Source: Methanosphaera stadtmanae DSM 3091
GTDB lineage: Archaea > Methanobacteriota > Methanobacteria > Methanobacteriales > Methanobacteriaceae
NCBI RefSeq assembly: GCF_000012545.1
Contig: NC_007681.1
Span: forward strand, 1,050,001-1,082,000
Length of the DNA stretch: 32,000 bases
Reading direction: 5' to 3'
The notes under the pieces were generated by a model. The model was given only the letters and a program-made list of their open reading frames with translations. It was not told the DNA's origin and searched no databases. Within the stretch, counting starts at the first letter, position 1. Each line of letters starts with the position of its first letter. Shown piece by piece: positions 25,659 to 32,000 of this stretch. The position numbers were made by a program, and so were the translations under genes.

Positions 25659-27602
25659 ATGACTATAGAAAAAATAGTTGTTAGTTGTGTTAATATGAAT
25701 ATAAAACATAAAAATTTAATTGAAAAACTAGACTTACTTGTTTGTGATGATTTTCATCCAAATTATGTTAGTATTCTTATTATAACAACTATACTACTTA
25801 TAACAACAACCTTTTTTCATTTAATAAATATACATAATGTGGATACTTTAATACTAATAACAGGTATTTTCATTGGAATTGTATTATCACTACCACTACC
25901 ACTTACATATATTCGAAAAATAATGCTATTATTTCTTATAATGCTACCTATTGCAACAATTACAGCACTACTTAGTTGTATAAGTCCCATGATACAATTT
26001 ATTTGTATATTATTATGGATATTATTCTTTGTAAGTTGTAATCTACTTGGAAATTCATTGAAAACCTTGAGTTTTGTGGGAGTATTGTATTATTTATACA
26101 CATTCCACATAGCATTTAGTAACATAGACTTTAATATTACTCTATCAAGTATGTTATGGTATGGACTTGTTACAATACTTATTGTTATAATAGAATTTAT
26201 GCCATATATACTCTACTGTTTATATAAACATGACCCTGTGGGACGTAAAATATTAACAAGTCTATTTAAAAATGAAGATAAGTTCTATAAAAAACTAGAA
26301 ATACTCTATAAAACACATGATACATACACAAGTAATATGATATATGTAGCACTCCTTTTAAAATCAAATAAAAAGGTATGTGACTACCTATATAATCAAT
26401 ATAAAATAAGACAACTTGAAACATTAGATAAAATAACACAGACATTAACAAGTAACATTATAGAAATAATCAACACCCCACATAGACATGTTCTAGATAC
26501 AGAAGAACTTGAAGACTTATATGCAACTACAACTGATATGAGAATAAAAAATCTAATAGACAGATACATAAAAGCATATGATGTATTTAATAATATACAA
26601 GAGGGTAAATACATACATCTAGATGTGGAAAAATCAATGAAAACCACATATAGACGTGATTATCTAACACTAGAAAATAATGATATTAGATATGGAATAC
26701 AGTTTATGATAACATTCATATTATCACGTATAATTGACGTGTTTTTTGTAACATTTCATTCAACAACAATAACAACATCAGCACTATTTACAACAAAAAA
26801 TACTCTAAGCTACACTGTAGATAAGATACTTATGAAGATATTTGGAAATATAATAGGACTAGTATTTGCAATTGTTGTATCAACTATCATAATACACTAC
26901 AATCAACTATACCTACTTAACATACTATGTGTAATGTGTGTTCTACTATTATTTGGTTTTATACCAAATCATTCAGATAAGTCAGGATTTCTAGTAATGG
27001 CAACACTAGTATTTATATCAAAAAATCAATTTGTAGGCCTAAATAGAATTACATACGTGGTAATAGGATGTATGATATCACTTATTATTGGATATTATAT
27101 CTTCCCAATACATGAGAAAATAAACATGACACAGACAGTTACTAAGAAAATAGGACATATCAATAACTTATTAGAAAATATACTAAAAACAGAATCTATT
27201 GAAGGAGAACTTCATGAAATATTTATAATTAATTCAAAGATAAAAACACACCTTGAAAGACTAGAAAATACATATCATCTAGAGAGTGAAGTAGAAGATA
27301 TAAGAGAAATACATGCCATGACAAACAATCTACTTGAAGTTATAATTAATTTAAAACTAGAAATAAAAAATACACAAAGTAATAATCTAATAAAACAGGT
27401 AAATGAAAACTTCAAAACTTGCATAAATTCAATAGATTCTAATAAAACAATAAATATTAATGAAATTACAGTACCATTATCTAATAAAACACCACTTAGA
27501 GAGTATAATCTGTGGATTATGGAATATGCATCTATCATAGTAGATGAGATTAATAAATCAATTGAAAATGAGACATTTAAGAAATTAAATCAAAATCTAT
27601 AA
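25659..27602 (+). CDS. large integral membrane protein, FUSC/ArAE (YccS/aromatic-acid-exporter)-like
   Basis: 647 aa with two hydrophobic clusters separated and followed by soluble, probably helical segments. The second cluster opens with a FUSC-like block (IRYGIQFMITFILSRII ... VDKILMKIFGNIIGLVFAIVV). The family call is tentative. An alternative start is MNIKHKN. Confidence 0.55.
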   Translation: MTIEKIVVSCVNMNIKHKNLIEKLDLLVCDDFHPNYVSILIITTILLITTTFFHLINIHNVDTLILITGIFIGIVLSLPLPLTYIRKIMLLFLIMLPIATITALLSCISPMIQFICILLWILFFVSCNLLGNSLKTLSFVGVLYYLYTFHIAFSNIDFNITLSSMLWYGLVTILIVIIEFMPYILYCLYKHDPVGRKILTSLFKNEDKFYKKLEILYKTHDTYTSNMIYVALLLKSNKKVCDYLYNQYKIRQLETLDKITQTLTSNIIEIINTPHRHVLDTEELEDLYATTTDMRIKNLIDRYIKAYDVFNNIQEGKYIHLDVEKSMKTTYRRDYLTLENNDIRYGIQFMITFILSRIIDVFFVTFHSTTITTSALFTTKNTLSYTVDKILMKIFGNIIGLVFAIVVSTIIIHYNQLYLLNILCVMCVLLLFGFIPNHSDKSGFLVMATLVFISKNQFVGLNRITYVVIGCMISLIIGYYIFPIHEKINMTQTVTKKIGHINNLLENILKTESIEGELHEIFIINSKIKTHLERLENTYHLESEVEDIREIHAMTNNLLEVIINLKLEIKNTQSNNLIKQVNENFKTCINSIDSNKTININEITVPLSNKTPLREYNLWIMEYASIIVDEINKSIENETFKKLNQNL

Positions 27603-27617
27603 AAAAAAAGATAATTA

Positions 27618-27638
27618 GAGTGTAATATAACTACACTC
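27618..27638. terminator. 7-bp stem / 7-nt loop hairpin (GAGTGTA-atataac-TACACTC) between convergent genes
   Basis: Arms 27618-27624 and 27632-27638 are exact reverse complements. The hairpin is flanked by an A9 run on the plus strand. It sits between stops at 27602 (plus strand) and 27644 (minus strand). Confidence 0.3.
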
Positions 27639-27643
27639 CATTA

Positions 27644-28318
27644 TTAAAATGAACGATAGTAACTTGCACCACGTGGACCATATATTATTCCATGTTTTGT
27701 TTTTTCATTATTTTTCACAGTAGTAGCATATGTATCATATTGTTCCTCTTCCATAATCTCAAGTGTATCTTGTTGTTTTTTAAGATAATATTCCTCTTTT
27801 TGTTGTTCATAGTTTTGGAAGTATTGTCTTTGTTCAAGTGTTAAATCATCTTCAATTCTAAGTTTTTTAAGAACACTACCATCTTCATGATAAATTTCTT
27901 TTATTGTATAATCACTATCATTACGTGTGAAGTTATATGGAACCATTGATAGATTTTCATTAAATTTAAATGTACCATTAGATGCAAATGCAAGACCACG
28001 AGTATATTCCTGATCTAAACGACAAACACTATTATTATCTGCCCTATTTATACAAAAAGTCTCTTGTAATCCTAAATCACCCTTATAAGTAGTTGTGTTA
28101 CCATCAGAGTAGACAAATCTAAAATTTGTAGGATCAAATGGTTTTACACCAAAGGAATCATTTACTGAATTATTAACAGCATCAGCAACAGTATCTGCCA
28201 CATTATCTGCAGATGAAGAGGAACTTCCCCCACCAAACATACCAATTATCATTAAAATAATAATTCCAAGACAACAACATCCTACACAACACATAGTATT
28301 ATCATCATCATCGGCCAT
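27644..28318 (-). CDS. Cys-rich N-terminal TM-anchored, sequon-rich protein, paralogue 1 (224 aa), uncharacterised
   Basis: The N-terminus is MADDDDNTMCCVGCCCLGIIILMIIGMF. Conserved blocks shared with 28726..29385 are YKGDLGL, RGLAFASNGTFKF, NLSMVP, DLTLEQRQYFQNYE, KKQQD and the terminal GIIYGPRGASYYRSF. The ATG lies 3 nt after the DUF2085 stop, with the GGAGGA of its last codons acting as the SD. Confidence 0.7.
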   Translation of the reverse strand: MADDDDNTMCCVGCCCLGIIILMIIGMFGGGSSSSSADNVADTVADAVNNSVNDSFGVKPFDPTNFRFVYSDGNTTTYKGDLGLQETFCINRADNNSVCRLDQEYTRGLAFASNGTFKFNENLSMVPYNFTRNDSDYTIKEIYHEDGSVLKKLRIEDDLTLEQRQYFQNYEQQKEEYYLKKQQDTLEIMEEEQYDTYATTVKNNEKTKHGIIYGPRGASYYRSF

Positions 28319-28321
28319 ATC

Positions 28322-28663
28322 TTATCCTCCTAGTATTAATTTCTGGAAAACTAGACTAATGATTCTTGCCAACATCATAAGACCAACACCAGCCATAAGT
28401 CCTGTAACAAAACGTAGATTGTTGTTACTCTCACGCCAACCCCAAAGTTGTGTAAATCCATCAACACAACATGGAATAATAAGAGCTATAGCTATGTATA
28501 CATGAAGCATTGTGTAGTTTATAGTTACAATATATCCATATGCAAGATAGATAAATGCACTAAGATATATTCCAGTACATCTTGCACAGAGAGGAAACTT
28601 ATGATTTCGAAAATGAAATGAACGATCATCCCTATTGTGACAAAGAAAATTTCTAGCTTTCAT
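28322..28663 (-). CDS. DUF2085-like small membrane protein with an N-terminal Cys/His motif
   Basis: 113 aa. CHNRDDRSFHFRNHKFPLCARCTGIY is followed by three or four hydrophobic segments, the pattern I associate with DUF2085. Confidence 0.7.
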   Translation of the reverse strand: MKARNFLCHNRDDRSFHFRNHKFPLCARCTGIYLSAFIYLAYGYIVTINYTMLHVYIAIALIIPCCVDGFTQLWGWRESNNNLRFVTGLMAGVGLMMLARIISLVFQKLILGG

Positions 28664-28725
28664 TAAAAATATATATACTAATATAAAGTATTAAAAAGTT
28701 TCTATAAAAAAAAGGGGAGGTTAAA

Positions 28726-29385
28726 TTAGAATGAACGATAATAACTCATACCATTTGGACCATAGATAATACCACGTTGTGTTTTAGGAGATGTTTGATA
28801 ATTATATTCATCAAATTGTCTATCTTCAATAGCATCTAATTTATCTTGCTGTTTTTTATTATAATATGCTTCTTTTTGGCCCTCATAATCCTGGAAGTAT
28901 TCACGTTCTTCTAGTGTTAAATCTTCATCTTCAATAAGTAACTTTTCAATTAAAGTACCATTACTATAATAAATTTCATTAACAGTGTAGTTAGAATCAT
29001 TTCTTGAATGTGGTGCTGGAACCATTGAAAGATTATCCTTAAACTCAAATGTACCATTAGATGCATATGCAAGACCACGAACATACTCCTTTAAAAGAAG
29101 ACATGTTGTATTATCAATACTATTTGTACAATATGCATATTTAAGTCCTAAATCACCCTTATACTTACTTGTATTTGAATTAGAGTATATGAATGTGAAG
29201 TTAGTAGGATTAAAATCAATTGGTTTTATTGTATCATCAGTAGTGTTGTTTATAACACTTGCCACAGTATCAGTTGATGAATCATCATAATTACCAAATA
29301 TACCAGCAAGAATAAATATAACAACAACACAAGCTGCACAACATCCACCAATTACACCAAATGTATTACTACCCACATGTATCAC
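28726..29385 (-). CDS. Cys-rich N-terminal TM-anchored, sequon-rich protein, paralogue 2 (219 aa), uncharacterised
   Basis: It has a TM with GGCCAACVVVIFILAGIF and the same conserved blocks as paralogue 1, ending GIIYGPNGMSYYRSF. It has a GTG start. The true start may be the second GTG (about 29376), which is preceded by GGGGTGAT. Confidence 0.7.
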   Translation of the reverse strand: MIHVGSNTFGVIGGCCAACVVVIFILAGIFGNYDDSSTDTVASVINNTTDDTIKPIDFNPTNFTFIYSNSNTSKYKGDLGLKYAYCTNSIDNTTCLLLKEYVRGLAYASNGTFEFKDNLSMVPAPHSRNDSNYTVNEIYYSNGTLIEKLLIEDEDLTLEEREYFQDYEGQKEAYYNKKQQDKLDAIEDRQFDEYNYQTSPKTQRGIIYGPNGMSYYRSF

Positions 29386-29467
29386 CCCATTTTAAAATAT
29401 TTTTTTGGTTAATAGAATATATAATAAAACTAGAATATAAAAAGAATGGTTTATAAAAAAAGAAAAA

Positions 29468-29953
29468 TTAGGTTCTACTTTGCAGTACCTTTGCAATACC
29501 TAAAAGACGTTCTTTATCATCATTTGATAAAACATTATCCCCATTATCACAAAATTCTATACTACAAGAACAACACTCTGAATTAAGTACACTATGACCA
29601 TACTCTCCAGGATAACTAAGTAAACCAACAGCACCAGTTGAATCATTAACAACTAAAAAATCATCATCAAATGGAACTTTCTGTCCATGCATCAGAGTAT
29701 GACATGGAGCTTCACAACTATTTTGAACCCAAACCTTATACAATGGCTTTTCTTCCTGTATTGAAGCCCTTGTTAATTTAGAAGCATTACTTAAACCATT
29801 TCTTAAATGTTTTTTACGTGGAGAATACCACTTATAAGCATTTAACTGACCTTTAATATTTTCCTTGTTGTTATCTACATCTAATTTGTGTCTACAATTA
29901 ACACAAAACTCAGATACAACCCTACTTTCATAATCACAATATGGACATTTCAT
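29468..29953 (-). CDS. zinc-ribbon protein with a C-terminal Cys-rich domain (possible phage Mu-F / SPP1 gp7-like fold)
   Basis: 161 aa. The N-terminus is MKCPYCDYESRVVSEFCVNCRHKL (a CxxC...CxxC ribbon). The C-terminal pattern W..NSCEAPCHTLMHGQKVPFDDDF ... YPGEYGH ... ECCSC resembles the W-x-C-x-x-C-x-L-x-G-x-V-P ... P-G ... C-x-C signature of Mu F-like domains. This is low-confidence. Confidence 0.6.
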   Translation of the reverse strand: MKCPYCDYESRVVSEFCVNCRHKLDVDNNKENIKGQLNAYKWYSPRKKHLRNGLSNASKLTRASIQEEKPLYKVWVQNSCEAPCHTLMHGQKVPFDDDFLVVNDSTGAVGLLSYPGEYGHSVLNSECCSCSIEFCDNGDNVLSNDDKERLLGIAKVLQSRT

Positions 29954-30103
29954 CTATATTACCTTCTTAAAAAATAAAAAATCTATACCACTTTAAGATA
30001 TATTACATCTTATTAATAAGAGTTGTGTATGAGGAGTGTTTGTCACTGTCAGAAGTTCAGTGGATATAACTTTTCATATTTTTTAAATCCCAAAATGCTA
30101 GTG

Positions 30104-31107
30104 TTAGTTTTGCTCGTGTTTTTTGCTCCTTTTAAACGTTTTCATTTTTCTTTTTATGTGTTTTAGCATTATTTTCAGAAACATATTTTCTAATTGGCTA
30201 CTAGTCCTTTCTATTTTTGAATCTTCACAATTTTCTTTATGTTTTTGAGATATGGTTGTATAGTTTTTTAACATATCTCGATTATTGGTTTATAATAATT
30301 TTTTTTTATTATTTAAAATATCTTCAAGTATTTTTCTAGCATTTTTAATAGTCTGTGCATATATTATTAAATTTATCCTCTTCTTTTGTTGATATAATTT
30401 GTTTATTTCATTTTCATTCAAGTTATTTTCTTTAATAAACTTTTTAAGGTCTCTATTTATCTTTTGTTGTAAGTTAAACTGACAAAATTGGTGATCCATC
30501 ATTAATTTATCTATTGGTTTTCTATATTCTTCTTTAAGGTCTGTTGTAACTGTTTTTTTGATTGATTTCTTGTAGATTCTCTTAAAAAAAGTGTATATTT
30601 CTTTTTCTCCCTCAAAAGAAGCCATTTTAAGGTTTATTATAGTGTTGTATTTACTGTCCATTAAAGCATGAAGATAGTTCTATTCGCCGTTAATTTTAAT
30701 CCAAAGACTGTCAAATAGATAATAACCTGAGTAATGTTCTATTTTATTTTTATTTGAATATTTAAAGCTTAGTATTATATTTTCAATTGATTGATATGAA
30801 ATATTAATATTATGAATTGATTTTAGAATTAATTGGGTCTTTCTTAGTGAAATCTTAGATATGGCATAATATTTCCATATTACATTTTTTATCTCATTAG
30901 TTATATTGTTATTTTCAACAACAACATCAGACATGTCTACTTGATAATTTTTATTACAGTTTTTACATATATATCTTTCAATATATGTTGTAACATGTCC
31001 TTCATTTAAAATATGTAATTTACGTGTATTATATCCATTTTTAACAATATTTTTAGAAGAACATTCAGGGCAATGTTTATGATGTTCTTTAAAAATGATT
31101 TTACCAT
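30104..31107 (-). pseudogene. transposase pseudogene: ATG 31107, a 1-nt frameshift in an A4 run (31099-31102), in-frame TAG (30680-30682), in-frame TAA (30290-30292), final stop at 30104
   Basis: If the A4 run is restored to A5, the frame reads MVKIIFKEHHKHCPECSSKNIVKNGYNTRKLHILNEGHVTTYIERYICKNCNKNYQVDMSDVVV... The span 30104..30934 is 831 nt in one frame. DDE-type blocks are present: YLFDSLWIKINGE(*)NYLHALMDSKYNTII, VTTDLKEEYRKPI, and IERTSSQLENMFLKIMLKHIKRKMKTFKRSKKHEQ. Confidence 0.65.
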
Positions 31108-31113
31108 TTTTTT

Positions 31114-31323
31114 TTAGATACGTGTAACTGATTTTGATTTACATTTAGCTTTATCTATCTTTAAAAATGTCTTAGATTCAATTTCTACAAAATCTTCTAT
31201 AAAATCGTAAAGTTTAAGTTGTTTGTCGTGCAAAATAGTATTAGGAGCTTTTATTTTTAAGTTTTTCATATAAATATATAAGTTCCTCTTTATATAAAGA
31301 CTTTTTCTATGCTTATTTTTCAT
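31114..31323 (-). CDS. small basic ORF (69 aa) immediately upstream of the transposase remnant; doubtful gene
   Basis: The ORF exists and ends in a TAA that abuts an A9 run. I recognise no motif, and its Lys-rich, low-complexity composition is compatible with chance in AT-rich DNA. Confidence 0.25.
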   Translation of the reverse strand: MKNKHRKSLYIKRNLYIYMKNLKIKAPNTILHDKQLKLYDFIEDFVEIESKTFLKIDKAKCKSKSVTRI

Positions 31324-31843
31324 AATAGAATTATTTCAAGTGTAAATTTTTAATTTAAACCATTTCAAGTATATTTCTATTTTTTTATTGAAAATTTAAA
31401 AAAATCAAAAATCAACTAAGTTTCTGACAAATGACTAATTTAGTAAAAATCATACTGCATCGACGAGACGAATAAATATGTAATATTTTAAATTTTTCAG
31501 AATAGATATTATGACTTTATAGAAAAACTATATCCACAACATAATTTTTAAATTTTCATATCATAAAATCAGATTTTACACTTGAAATAAAACTTAATTA
31601 AAACTTTAAATAATATTAAAGTTTAAATTAGTATAATATTATAAAATAAGTATTTATATTAAAAAATAATATAAATTAATATATGAATATTAAAAGTATT
31701 TCTTATAATAATATAAATTCAAAAAGAAGTCAATTATATATAACTTTTTTTTCATATTTAACCAATACATTTATATAGTATCCAAGTATATAATAAAAAT
31801 AAAGAAAGATAAAAAATATTCCTTATAAAAAAATTTGAAGAAA

Positions 31844-31972
31844 GTGTGACAATTCTGTTTGGGTATTTTTCAACAAGATTTTGTTGTTATCATATACAGA
31901 ATTACCCCTATTGATGTTTTCTTAAATAACTGACAAAATAAACAATCAACATAGTAAACTAAATTGTCACAC
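31844..31972. repeat. 129-bp segment bounded by an 11-bp perfect inverted repeat (GTGTGACAATT ... AATTGTCACAC) with nested short hairpins
   Basis: The outer arms are 31844-31854 and 31962-31972. Inside are AATTCTGT (31851-58) / ACAGAATT (31896-903) and CAACAA (31871-76) / TTGTTG (31881-86). No ORF is present. Confidence 0.5.
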
Positions 31973-32000
31973 ATTATTGATTTAAAAAAAAGTAAAGGTA

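Larger units (their letters stand above)
30042..31435 (-). mobile_element. decayed insertion sequence (zinc-finger/HTH/DDE transposase, IS1-like by eye) with tentative imperfect terminal inverted repeats
   Basis: Transposase remnants span 30104-31107. The candidate left inverted repeat is GTCACTGTCAGAAGTTCAGTGGA (30042-30064). The reverse complement of 31411-31435 is GTCATTTGTCAGAAACTTAGTTGAT. About 20 of 25 positions align with two 1-nt gaps, sharing the core TGTCAGAA. The boundaries are uncertain. Confidence 0.45.

Noticed and set aside
31107-31116. Programmed -1 ribosomal frameshift on the A9 run, joining the 69-aa ORF (31114..31323) to the zinc-finger transposase frame, as in IS1 InsAB'
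   Set aside because: The TAA stop of the 69-aa ORF is formed by the T plus the first two A's of the run. Ribosomes therefore terminate before they could slip on it. The zinc-finger frame is better restored by a 1-nt repair downstream of ATG 31107.

Overview
The window is very AT-rich and reads as a chromosomal segment of a Methanobacteriales-type methanogen, Methanosphaera- or Methanobrevibacter-like. That assignment is an inference from gene content: an HMf-type archaeal histone, an archaeal-type GluRS, DapL, ADP-forming acetyl-CoA synthetase, and an Asn/Thr-rich adhesin-like protein with GGAI/PMP-type repeats. I saw no rRNA, tRNA or CRISPR array.

Housekeeping genes: MOP flippase, acd, tex, a CapA-like gene, gltX-dapL, histone and an MFS transporter. 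These are interspersed with accessory content.

Features worth a second look:
1. A 5.3-kb DUF4011 / Upf1-like SF1 helicase / Vsr-DUF559-like endonuclease / DUF3320 gene. It resembles helicase-nuclease single-gene defence proteins. One in-frame TAG splits it into 241-aa and 1513-aa ORFs.
2. Two tandem paralogous 3-TM half-transporter genes with mirror-image Lys/Arg bias, which suggests an antiparallel heterodimer.
3. An uncharacterised cassette of two paralogous Cys-rich, membrane-anchored, sequon-rich proteins flanking a DUF2085 membrane protein. A zinc-ribbon protein lies just upstream.
4. A decayed zinc-finger/HTH/DDE transposase (IS1-like by eye) with one frameshift and two in-frame stops.
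5. A perfect 276-bp tandem duplication and mosaic Ig-like modules inside the 1016-aa adhesin-like gene.
6. Several perfect inverted repeats in promoter or 3' regions.

All family assignments come from motif recognition by eye and need HMM or BLAST confirmation.
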